Origin: an uncultured virus (IMG/VR IMGVR_UViG_3300009826_000018)
Lineage: Duplodnaviria > Heunggongvirae > Uroviricota > Caudoviricetes
Reading direction: 5' to 3' (one strand)
Virus record (IMG/VR): IMGVR_UViG_3300009826_000018
Coordinates: 1-64,000 of that record
DNA length: 64,000 nt
The position numbers and the translations under genes were made by a program. Shown piece after piece: positions 38,642-47,409 of the stretch. Below the pieces are notes generated by a model that was not told where the DNA came from, searched no databases, and saw only the letters and a program-made list of their open reading frames with translations. Position 1 is the stretch's first letter; every line of letters starts with the position of its first letter.

Positions 38642-39172
38642 ATGAAAAATAAAATATTAATAGTAGTTGATATGCAGAATGATTTCTGCGGTGAAGGTGG
38701 TGTATTAACCACCAAAGAAGCACAAGAAATTATACCGGTAGTTAAACAAAAAATAAAGGAGTATGATGGTAGTGTAGTATATTTTACAGCGGATACCCAT
38801 TATGACAACTACCTTGAAACACCGGAGGGTAAGGCGTTACCCGTACCACACTGTATTGAAGGAACATGGGGTCATAAAATTTATGAGGGTTTGGCAGACC
38901 CCGATAATATGCAACATTACCCCTTTCAAAAAGAAACCTTTGGGACATTCTTTTGGTTAAATGTACCATTGTTTCAAAAATATGAAACGGAAGAGGTTGA
39001 GTTATGTGGATTATGTACAGACATTTGTGTTATCACAAACGCGCTTATTATAAAAACAGCGTTTCCCCATTTGAAAGTTACTGTGGATATAAAAGCATGT
39101 GCGGGTGTAACCCCCGAAACCCATAATGCTGCGCTGTCAGTAATGAGAATGTGTCAAATCAATGTGATATGA
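38642..39172 (+). CDS. pncA: Nicotinamidase (isochorismatase family)
   Basis: VVDMQNDF, T.DTH, PHC..GT.G, KETFG, GLCTDICV. Confidence 0.88.
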   Translation: MKNKILIVVDMQNDFCGEGGVLTTKEAQEIIPVVKQKIKEYDGSVVYFTADTHYDNYLETPEGKALPVPHCIEGTWGHKIYEGLADPDNMQHYPFQKETFGTFFWLNVPLFQKYETEEVELCGLCTDICVITNALIIKTAFPHLKVTVDIKACAGVTPETHNAALSVMRMCQINVI

Positions 39173-39966
39173 AACTAATCAAACATAGTGCGAGTCCGAT
39201 ATTTGGACCTATTGGATACAACCCCCCTGTGGAAGAGGGGGGTCCCAATAAAAATGACCTTCTGAATGATGTGTATCGCCAAATAAATATGATTGGTATT
39301 TTATGTAATGATAAATCACAAACTTGGGATATATGTAATCATGGTGCAGTATATTTAAGAAGAACACACCCTGAAACCAAGTGGAGTAATGAGTGGTTAT
39401 ACAAATACAAAAATAACCATTATTCAAGAGTAAGAAATGATAATAACGGTTATAGTCTTAATGTTACAACCAACTATCGCACACTTTTAGAACATGGGTG
39501 GACAGAAGATATTGAATATATTTGTTCACCAACAAAAGACCATGAAAAAATGGTATCGGTTCGGTTTGGTACGGATAGAAACACCGCAATTACATTAATG
39601 GATAATGATTTGTTTTTCATAACAACACAAAAGGATCGGATACTTGAACGCGATATATATTTCATTCAACCAAATTGGATAAGTGATGAAAATTTAAACG
39701 CATACGAACCAAGTTCTTCTGTTAAAGAATTTGTGGAAGGGTTAGAAATTGCTGAAAACAAATATTTTGAAATAATAGATTGTGGTGTGGAACACGAAGA
39801 GGCTGTAAACATTTTACCAACGGCACTCCATACCGAATTTGTTATGACAGGTTTTGTATCCAATTGGATTAAGTTTTTTACCCCAATAGAAAAATATTCT
39901 GATACAGTGCGTTTAAACATCATTGAACCACTTATTGAAAAGTTTAAGGGTTATGGGTATATGTAA
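39169..39966 (+). CDS. ThyX (flavin-dependent thymidylate synthase)-fold protein lacking the catalytic motif
   Basis: HGAVYL, VTTNYR.L.E.GW, ICSPT..HEK..SVRF..DR, AE..Y, LP.AL.TE.VMTG; RHRx7SxR absent. Confidence 0.7.
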   Translation: MKLIKHSASPIFGPIGYNPPVEEGGPNKNDLLNDVYRQINMIGILCNDKSQTWDICNHGAVYLRRTHPETKWSNEWLYKYKNNHYSRVRNDNNGYSLNVTTNYRTLLEHGWTEDIEYICSPTKDHEKMVSVRFGTDRNTAITLMDNDLFFITTQKDRILERDIYFIQPNWISDENLNAYEPSSSVKEFVEGLEIAENKYFEIIDCGVEHEEAVNILPTALHTEFVMTGFVSNWIKFFTPIEKYSDTVRLNIIEPLIEKFKGYGYM

Positions 39967-40002
39967 AAAATAAAAGTTATTAATCATTAAAAAAAAATAG
40001 TT

Positions 40003-40185
40003 ATGCGTAAAAATAGAAAACACAACCACATTAGAAGATGGGCAAAAAACAATGGATTTAAAGTCAATGAAGAACATCAATTAGTGGTAATTAAGGAAGG
40101 AAGAGAATTATCCTTCGGGTGGATTGAAAACGTTCCTACCGAAGTTCGTGATTGTGCAGTAAAACATTTTTTAGAAACGGAATAA
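40003..40185 (+). CDS. Hypothetical protein
   Basis: 60-aa ORF with A-rich leader. Confidence 0.5.
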   Translation: MRKNRKHNHIRRWAKNNGFKVNEEHQLVVIKEGRELSFGWIENVPTEVRDCAVKHFLETE

Positions 40186-40187
40186 AT

Positions 40188-40571
40188 ATGGCAATTGAAA
40201 TTTTAAGTGTGGGTCGAAAAGGAAATAAAGTTCCACCACAATATATAGAATTTGAAACACCAACACACATGTTGTTTCAATGTGAGTGTTGTACCGCATC
40301 TTGGATAGCGGATAAAGATAGTTTTTTTGTTGAACGTGGCGAGTATTGGGAGGCGTTTTTCTGTCCTTGTCCAACTTGTAGAATGGTGGTAACAAAATTT
40401 TGGGAACCATTAAACAGTGCCACAGTTGATAGTATAACTAGTTTCGCATTTAAAGGTGGACATAAGTTTGTATATGGGATTATCGAAAGAGTTGAAACCT
40501 CTACACCACCAAGAAAACCATTGGAAGTTTTTATCACAGAAAACACCAAAACCACAGAGGAGGTATCATGA
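40188..40571 (+). CDS. Zn-ribbon protein (paralog of 41778)
   Basis: FQCECC...W...CPCPTC. Confidence 0.55.
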   Translation: MAIEILSVGRKGNKVPPQYIEFETPTHMLFQCECCTASWIADKDSFFVERGEYWEAFFCPCPTCRMVVTKFWEPLNSATVDSITSFAFKGGHKFVYGIIERVETSTPPRKPLEVFITENTKTTEEVS

Positions 40572-40753
40572 AAGGTTGTATTAGAAGATTTTTTTGTTGG
40601 CACGACTACGACTCCGAAGGTATTGGTTGGGAAAAAGAAGAAATGTATAAAATCCGTGACGGTAATCAACACATTTCAAAAACGTGGTTGTGGCGAATTA
40701 TGAAGTGCAAAAAGTGTGGTAATTACACGACAGTCAAAATAGACATTGTATAA
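40568..40753 (+). CDS. Small Cys/His protein (CxHxY...CKKCG)
   Basis: RFFCWHDY...KCKKCG; ATGA overlap. Confidence 0.55.
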   Translation: MKGCIRRFFCWHDYDSEGIGWEKEEMYKIRDGNQHISKTWLWRIMKCKKCGNYTTVKIDIV

Positions 40754-40785
40754 AAAAATGGGATGACAAATATCATCCCATTTTT
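40754..40785. terminator. Bidirectional terminator
   Basis: AAAAATGGGATGA-loop-TCATCCCATTTTT between convergent genes. Confidence 0.8.
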
Positions 40786-40805
40786 ATTTTTATAGTATTC
40801 GGAAT

Positions 40806-41582
40806 TTAATCCCACACGTCAAGAATTTTAGATATAACAGGATTCCTAATAATATCCTCATTTCCAAATTCTATTATTCCAACCTCATCCACACCTTGAA
40901 GTTTTTCCATAGCATATTTAACACCAATCATATCTTTATTTTTCTTTATTTTTTCGTTGTCGCATTGCTCAACGTCTGATAAAATAATGTATTTGCTGTT
41001 GCTTCCGATTCTTGTAAGAATAGTTTTTATAGCAGATTTTGAATATTGCTGCGCCTCGTCAATCACCACAATAGAATTATCAATATTTACACCTCTTAAA
41101 AACGAAATGTGATTATAAACAATGTAGTTACATTTTCTTAATTCTTCTAATATTTCCCTTGAATCTCTTCTATTTTCCGACAAATTCAATATTTTTTTTA
41201 TGTTGTACCAAGTAGGTTCCAAGAATGGTGCGATTTTATCATCAACGCTTCCTTTTAAGAAACCCAATTCTAATTCGCTCTGAACAGTTTGTGCTATCAA
41301 TAGTATTTGACGATACGGATTATCTTTCTTTTTAAGAATATCCAACGCCGCTGATAGACCTACAAATGACTTACCGGAACCCGCCGACCCCTGACAAAAT
41401 ATTATTTCTTTGTCGTGGATTAGGCGATAGAAATCTTTTTGTTTTTCATTCTTCGCCTTGAAGTTGATTTTGTAATTTAGTGCCTCATAACAGAATTTTC
41501 TTTCTGAATAAGTTTCACTTGGAGAGGTATACATAGATAGTTCCTCTTCCATTTCTCTTGTCCACTTCTTTTTCCTTACCAT
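40806..41582 (-). CDS. phoH: PhoH-like ATPase
   Basis: NEKQ, GSAGSGKS, LGFLKG..DDK..P, FLRG, IDEAQ, LTRIG, IIRNP. Confidence 0.92.
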   Translation of the reverse strand: MVRKKKWTREMEEELSMYTSPSETYSERKFCYEALNYKINFKAKNEKQKDFYRLIHDKEIIFCQGSAGSGKSFVGLSAALDILKKKDNPYRQILLIAQTVQSELELGFLKGSVDDKIAPFLEPTWYNIKKILNLSENRRDSREILEELRKCNYIVYNHISFLRGVNIDNSIVVIDEAQQYSKSAIKTILTRIGSNSKYIILSDVEQCDNEKIKKNKDMIGVKYAMEKLQGVDEVGIIEFGNEDIIRNPVISKILDVWD

Positions 41583-41605
41583 AACTGATATTTTTATAAT
41601 ATTAT

Positions 41606-41704
41606 TAATCGTATGAAAAATAACAGAAAAAGGGTATCAACCCAATTAATGTCTTGACACCCTTTAATTTATATTTTATTATTACAATTATTTTCATACG
41701 ATTA
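41606..41704 (-). other. Nested inverted repeats (structured phoH leader)
   Basis: 14-bp perfect outer IR (41606-41619 / 41691-41704) and 12-bp inner IR with 1 mismatch (41629-41640 / 41654-41665). Confidence 0.65.
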
Positions 41705-41777
41705 TAAATAGCTTTCAGATGGTAGTATTGGAAAAATAAAATTGAAATCCTATTTATAGAAAATAAGAAATATTATA

Positions 41778-41984
41778 ATGGATATACAAATTTTAAGAAT
41801 GGGTAGAATACCCAAAGATAAAACAACAAAAGGTGAAGCACTTCCTCCACTAACGTTTGTGTGTAGTTATTGCGACTGCAAATGGTGTGTAAAATTTGAC
41901 GAAAAAGGAAGAACCTGTTCAACAGAATATTATACTTGTACTTGCCCAACCTGTAAATGTAGTAGTTTTCTTCCGATAAAATAA
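41778..41984 (+). CDS. Zn-ribbon protein
   Basis: FVCSYCDC.W...CTCPTC; late motif at 41750-41758. Confidence 0.55.
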   Translation: MDIQILRMGRIPKDKTTKGEALPPLTFVCSYCDCKWCVKFDEKGRTCSTEYYTCTCPTCKCSSFLPIK

Positions 41985-42028
41985 ATAAACACTTTCTTTA
42001 CCGTTAATTGCAAAGTGAAATTTTTCTG

Positions 42029-42037
42029 CTATTTATA
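42029..42037 (+). promoter_or_regulatory. Putative late promoter CTATTTATA (tail sheath)
   Basis: Motif about 30 nt upstream of sheath ATG. Confidence 0.65.
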
Positions 42038-42068
42038 TATAAAATAATATAAATAAAAGAATAATAAA

Positions 42069-45000
42069 ATGGCATTAACTAATGTAAAAGGATTACATAC
42101 TACTCCAGGCATTTATCAGAAAGAAACTGAAATGCGCGCTAATAGGGAAAGCATAGGCGGTATCACCAGCCTTGGTCTTGTTGGCGAAACACTTAGAGGT
42201 CCAGCCTTTACTCCTATGTTTATAGATAATTGGAGAAATTTTGAATATGTATTTGGTGGTACGTCATCAGAACAATATGCGGGTTCAAAGTATCCTAGAT
42301 ATGAGTTACCTTATATCGCATTGGATTACCTAACAGAATCTACACAATTATATGTAACAAGAGTATTAGGATTATCAGGATATAGTGCTGGAAAAGCATG
42401 GCTTATAAGAGCAATTGGTTCAGGTGAAGGTGATGATATGTTAATCGGTGTAATTAGATCAAGAGGTCGCTACATTGAAACATATGGATTACCAAAATTT
42501 TCTGATGAACCTGTACCAAGTGGTAAAATTGAAAACAACGTTCAATATGTGGTTGGTAGAATTGAACAAACCGGTGAAAATGCAACCACACCAATACCTG
42601 CTACATCAGCTGTTAGATATGCGGGCACAGATTACAGATATGGGCAAAAGTTTTTCGGAACACATATCGCCGGATACAGTGGTGGAACAGTATTTGGACC
42701 GAATGGTGAAATTGTTAGCAGCGATGGTTTAACAGTATATGGATATTGTGGAACAAGTTATGAATATGATAAATTCCTGTGGGATGTAAAAGAAGTTTAT
42801 ATCTCAATGGCAGGTGAAACCGCTGCTAATTTTACTTGTGGTTTGTCAGCAAGTTTTTCAAACACCACACGTGCGGGTATTCGTTGTACACCAACCGATT
42901 TTGGAACATTTAAACTTGTTTGTGAAATGTATAGTGGTGAATTTGTTTCATATACGGTTTCATTAAATCCGGGTTCATCTGATTATATATACAATGTATT
43001 AGGTGGAACAGCACAAGGTACAACCCCTATTTTTGTTGAAGAATTATATGATGTTGCACTTCAAAATTTAGTTGTTAAAAGAGCAACTGACCCCGTTAAC
43101 TATATTGAAGGTATTTTGGTGGGTACAAGATTAGAAGTTCAACCACCGGATATGTTGATACCGAGATTGTATGATGGATTAGGTTCAAAAGGTTCAGACG
43201 AACCCATTATACCAAAATTTAGACCAGTCAACGCTATTCTACACATACCTAATCACAGTTTGGATATTAATAATCTTGGTGAAAGATATTTGTATTCACA
43301 AGCAGAATCTATTGTAACCGAATATTTTGATGACTCTGAACAAACCGCGGTTTTCACAAAAATAGTTGACCCCGAAGTTGATAATGGTAAAATCTTTGTT
43401 GTTAAAAGAACATTAGATGGTAATGGTAATATGTCATATAATTATCATTATATGGGTGAACAATTAAAACCATTTCACACACCTGACATAAATGGTGAAA
43501 CCGAAAAATATGTTTTTGTTATTGAAGACAATTTATTCTATGAAATGGTCAATTCTAGTGGTGGTGCAAGCGATAGTGCAATATTGTTTAATGCAGACCT
43601 TACACCCGGTGTTGTAACAAAAATTGCTGTAAAACAAGTTGAAGAAGAAGATGAAAGTAAAGAAGGGTACACATTAAATAATGTTGAAATAATAATAGAA
43701 CCACCTTTAGGATATGTTCCAACCAACTTTACATCAACAGACAGACCTGCAACAGTTAAAAATATTGTGATTATTGAAGGTCGAATAGTGGATATTGAAC
43801 TTGAAAGTGGTGGTAGTGGATACACAAGTGCACCTGGTGTTAGTATTAATTACACAGGAGATTTACCAGCACCACCTGAACCGGAACTAGAAGCATTTGT
43901 TGGTGCTTCAATCGAAAGAGTGAGAATACAACATCCCGGTGGTGGTTATACTTCAAGACCAACCGTCACCGTTGCAACACAACCGGAAGCGGGTGGTGTT
44001 TCCGCTGTATTAGAAGCGGTACTTAGAAATGGTAGTGTTGATAGAATTGATATAATTAATCCCGGTAGTGGTTACATTCCCCAATCATCCAATATTGAAG
44101 TAAAAGTTGGAGGAACTGATAATCTTATTCAAAGAGTAATTGGTGATATTTCAGACTATAAAGAAGCGTATAGAACACCTGTTACGCCTTGGGTTGTTTC
44201 TCAAATGATGGGTAGTTTTGCCACAAACGAAGTTAAAAAATTATTCCGTTTCTTCACAATATCTGACGGTGCTACCGCCAATACAATGTGCAAAATAAGT
44301 ATTCAGGGTATTAATCCGAATAGTTTGACATTTGATGTTGTAGTTCGTGATTTCTATGATAATGACGGTTCAGTTAAAATTTTAGAAGTGTTTAGAGGTT
44401 GTAACCTTAATCCGGCAAGTTCAGGATATATTTTGAATAGAATTGGTGACGTTCACGGAAGCACAATCCAAAGGTCTTCTTTCATTATGTGTGAAGTAGC
44501 GGATAACGATACCATTAAATATGCAATACCTTGTGGTTTCTTGGGTTATCCTGTAAGACAATTGGGTTCAGATGTTCAAAAACCACAGTTGGCATTTAAC
44601 ACACAGGTTTATGAAGGTATCAAACCAAAACGCCAATACTTCGGTTTCTCTGACATAACAGGTATAGACGTTGATATGCTAACATATAAAGGAAGAAGCG
44701 CATACACAGACGGTTACTACACAGACGGTTTCCACTTGGATTCAAGGGTTTCTGACTGCAACACAGTAGTTGACGGCGAAAATCCCGGTGTTGATTGTAC
44801 GGGTACAAACAAAGACTTATATACAACCGGTGTATTCACTTGGCAAACCCCACCACTTGAACTAAAAGGTGATGGAGATGAACCACCAATGTTGTCGTCA
44901 AATGAAGATATTTTGGGAACAATTTATGAAGATATGTCTTTACGTAAATTCACATTGTGTTTCTACGGTGGATTTGATGGTTGGGACCCATATAGAACAG

Positions 45001-46019
45001 TGAGAACAACTTCTGACGATTTCAAACGTAACAAATACAAAGGAAGAATATCAAGTGCTTCCGGCGCAGGTGCAAGATTCAGTGTTTTACACGATGATTA
45101 CGGAATACCTTCAAATGGAATAACTTCTGACTTCTACGCATTTTGGGCTGGTTTTGAAACAATGGCTAACCCATTTGCAACCCCGATAAATGTTTTGGCA
45201 ACACCAGGTATTGACTGTATCAATAACACATTGTTGTTCAAAGAAGCATTAGACGTAGTTGAAAGAGATTATAACCAAAAAACAATTTATATTGTTACAA
45301 CCCCCGACAAACCAATGGGCGCAAACGACAATCCAGCGAATATGTATTCAGCTCTTGACGTTGTAGGTAATTTGGATGTTGCGGAAATTGATAGTTCTTA
45401 TGTTGCGACTTATTATCCTTGGTGTCAGTATTTCGATGCTAACGAACAAAAGGCGGTATTCTTACCACCAACAAAAGATATTATCAAGTTGATTGCTCAA
45501 ATTGACAATACTTCATATTCTTGGTATCCTGCTGCGGGTATAAATAATGGTCAAATAGACTGTATCGGTCCTCGTAAAATTCTGAAAATGGAAGAAACCG
45601 ACATACTAACAGGAAGTCGTATTAACCCAATCGTTAAGTTTGCAAAACAAGGTGTATACTCTTGGGGACAAAAGAATTTGAAAGTTTCTTATGACGGCGA
45701 TAGAGAACCATTGACAAGAATTGGTGTAAGACGTATGATGATCAGAATTAAAGAATTGGTTGAACAAGCCAACAGAGGTTTGTTGTTCACTCCAAACGAT
45801 ATGACAACAGCCAACAAATTCCGTTCTAATACAAGCACAATTTTGAACGATGTTCGTACAAACAGAGGTATCAGCGACTACCGTATAGAAGTTGATAATT
45901 CAGTCGAAGCACGTGAAAATAGAACACTACCGGCGAAAGTGTGGATTAAACCTAACTCAATGCTTGAATTTATCGAAATTGAATGGGTTATCACTCCGCA
46001 GGGAATGGAAATGGTATAA
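42069..46019 (+). CDS. Contractile tail sheath protein with large insertions
   Basis: TPGIYQKE, GLVGETLRGPAF.P, VTRVLG, YYPW, W..AAG..NG, INPI, WGQK, VRR, RGI..YR, IKP...LEFI. Confidence 0.92.
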   Translation: MALTNVKGLHTTPGIYQKETEMRANRESIGGITSLGLVGETLRGPAFTPMFIDNWRNFEYVFGGTSSEQYAGSKYPRYELPYIALDYLTESTQLYVTRVLGLSGYSAGKAWLIRAIGSGEGDDMLIGVIRSRGRYIETYGLPKFSDEPVPSGKIENNVQYVVGRIEQTGENATTPIPATSAVRYAGTDYRYGQKFFGTHIAGYSGGTVFGPNGEIVSSDGLTVYGYCGTSYEYDKFLWDVKEVYISMAGETAANFTCGLSASFSNTTRAGIRCTPTDFGTFKLVCEMYSGEFVSYTVSLNPGSSDYIYNVLGGTAQGTTPIFVEELYDVALQNLVVKRATDPVNYIEGILVGTRLEVQPPDMLIPRLYDGLGSKGSDEPIIPKFRPVNAILHIPNHSLDINNLGERYLYSQAESIVTEYFDDSEQTAVFTKIVDPEVDNGKIFVVKRTLDGNGNMSYNYHYMGEQLKPFHTPDINGETEKYVFVIEDNLFYEMVNSSGGASDSAILFNADLTPGVVTKIAVKQVEEEDESKEGYTLNNVEIIIEPPLGYVPTNFTSTDRPATVKNIVIIEGRIVDIELESGGSGYTSAPGVSINYTGDLPAPPEPELEAFVGASIERVRIQHPGGGYTSRPTVTVATQPEAGGVSAVLEAVLRNGSVDRIDIINPGSGYIPQSSNIEVKVGGTDNLIQRVIGDISDYKEAYRTPVTPWVVSQMMGSFATNEVKKLFRFFTISDGATANTMCKISIQGINPNSLTFDVVVRDFYDNDGSVKILEVFRGCNLNPASSGYILNRIGDVHGSTIQRSSFIMCEVADNDTIKYAIPCGFLGYPVRQLGSDVQKPQLAFNTQVYEGIKPKRQYFGFSDITGIDVDMLTYKGRSAYTDGYYTDGFHLDSRVSDCNTVVDGENPGVDCTGTNKDLYTTGVFTWQTPPLELKGDGDEPPMLSSNEDILGTIYEDMSLRKFTLCFYGGFDGWDPYRTVRTTSDDFKRNKYKGRISSASGAGARFSVLHDDYGIPSNGITSDFYAFWAGFETMANPFATPINVLATPGIDCINNTLLFKEALDVVERDYNQKTIYIVTTPDKPMGANDNPANMYSALDVVGNLDVAEIDSSYVATYYPWCQYFDANEQKAVFLPPTKDIIKLIAQIDNTSYSWYPAAGINNGQIDCIGPRKILKMEETDILTGSRINPIVKFAKQGVYSWGQKNLKVSYDGDREPLTRIGVRRMMIRIKELVEQANRGLLFTPNDMTTANKFRSNTSTILNDVRTNRGISDYRIEVDNSVEARENRTLPAKVWIKPNSMLEFIEIEWVITPQGMEMV

Positions 46020-46035
46020 AAATCAAACTAAAATC

Positions 46036-46067
46036 AAAAAGGTGGGTATTCAACTCACCTTTTTTTT
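46036..46067 (+). terminator. Terminator after sheath gene
   Basis: AAAAGGTGGG-loop-CTCACCTTTT plus T-run. Confidence 0.75.
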
Positions 46068-46115
46068 ATTCAAAATATTATTAGTACTTTTATTCTAAAT
46101 CTAATTGTTAATAAT

Positions 46116-46736
46116 ATGACTGAATATACACCAAACATACAAACCTTTGCGGTTTTAAGTGCCGTTGATAACACAATTGGTAATAATTTGTTATTATCAA
46201 TTACCGAAAATGAACGCCGCACCATTAAACTATCATCTCAATTATCTGATAGATATTATGTGTTTAAATTGGTAAATAACAAACAATTCTTTGTACCCAA
46301 TATAGCACGTTCTGAAGCAATGGCGTTTGGTGTTGAATGGAACCAAACCAAAATATTTTTTGCTGAAAAAACAGAAGATATTAAAGACAGTAAAATATAT
46401 GAGGGTATGAAAATAGAAGTGAAAAACCCATTTCACTTTGAATACCAAGTGGGTGATATGAGGTGTTTATTTGTTAATAAAGAAGATAAAACTGATAAAT
46501 ATGTAAAAACCAACTGTGAACCCTTTGTTGTACCATATTATGATAGTGTCGCTAATGGTGTTTTTGAAAATAGTCTTGAAGATACCTATTGGGTTGAAAA
46601 ATATTCAGAAAAAGAAGTGGAAACCATTAATTTTCATATTAAGGAAAGTTTAGATGAAACCAAAACACGAAAATATAGGTTTCACCACAGAGGAATGATA
46701 ACAAATTTAATACAACCGAAATGGATGAGAACGTAA
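46116..46736 (+). CDS. Hypothetical protein
   Basis: 206-aa ORF. Confidence 0.55.
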   Translation: MTEYTPNIQTFAVLSAVDNTIGNNLLLSITENERRTIKLSSQLSDRYYVFKLVNNKQFFVPNIARSEAMAFGVEWNQTKIFFAEKTEDIKDSKIYEGMKIEVKNPFHFEYQVGDMRCLFVNKEDKTDKYVKTNCEPFVVPYYDSVANGVFENSLEDTYWVEKYSEKEVETINFHIKESLDETKTRKYRFHHRGMITNLIQPKWMRT

Positions 46737-47113
46737 TGGGTTGTAATGACTTTAAAAATATAATGGAGGATTATATTTATAATTTCTATTGTTGGGTAGA
46801 AAATAATGTAAAAGAAGACCCGGAAATTCTGTGGTGTGAATGGTTGGATACATTTAAGGAATATTGTAAAAAAGTTGCCCTGAACAATATGATAAATAAA
46901 GGTGCTTATGAATTTAAACCAAAATTATTAGAAGATAATTGTTTAAGTTGTGAATATAAAGGTGAAAACATTACCGTCATGGATTTTTACTATAGAATAA
47001 AAAGTATGAATTGGAATTTTCACAATACGGAATCACAACGAATAATCCCCCTTAAAACAACGTTCAATGAGTGGGTGTATAGATTTATCATTTATTGTAG
47101 AAAACCTTATTAA
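46721..47113 (+). CDS. Hypothetical protein
   Basis: 130-aa ORF. Confidence 0.5.
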   Translation: MDENVMGCNDFKNIMEDYIYNFYCWVENNVKEDPEILWCEWLDTFKEYCKKVALNNMINKGAYEFKPKLLEDNCLSCEYKGENITVMDFYYRIKSMNWNFHNTESQRIIPLKTTFNEWVYRFIIYCRKPY

Positions 47114-47130
47114 AACGAAAGAAAAGTAGT

Positions 47131-47364
47131 ATGAGAAAGCGAAATAAGTTAACGAAAAGACAAATTGATGTGCTACAAACTTTAATATTCTTATTACCGT
47201 TTGTTTTGTTATGGGCAGCACTTGTGTTATTACATTACACCGAGTTGTTTGACAACGACAATGTGTTTATAACTATCATGTTAGGGGTTTATGGCTTTGG
47301 ATTAGGTGCGGCTTCGGGAAAACTCGACACATGGGTCAGAGATTACAATGATAGACACGAATAA
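47131..47364 (+). CDS. Small membrane protein (2 TM)
   Basis: Two hydrophobic helices. Confidence 0.55.
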   Translation: MRKRNKLTKRQIDVLQTLIFLLPFVLLWAALVLLHYTELFDNDNVFITIMLGVYGFGLGAASGKLDTWVRDYNDRHE

Positions 47365-47367
47365 AAA

Positions 47368-47395
47368 AAATGGGGTGGATAATATCACCCCATTT
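47368..47395. terminator. Bidirectional terminator
   Basis: AAATGGGGTG-loop-CACCCCATTT between convergent genes. Confidence 0.8.
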
Positions 47396-47409
47396 AATTT
47401 TAAATATGG

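Noticed and set aside
39632..39640. Fourth AGGATCGGA copy as a promoter
   Set aside because: It is inside a CDS and lacks the downstream TGTAA box, so it may be chance.
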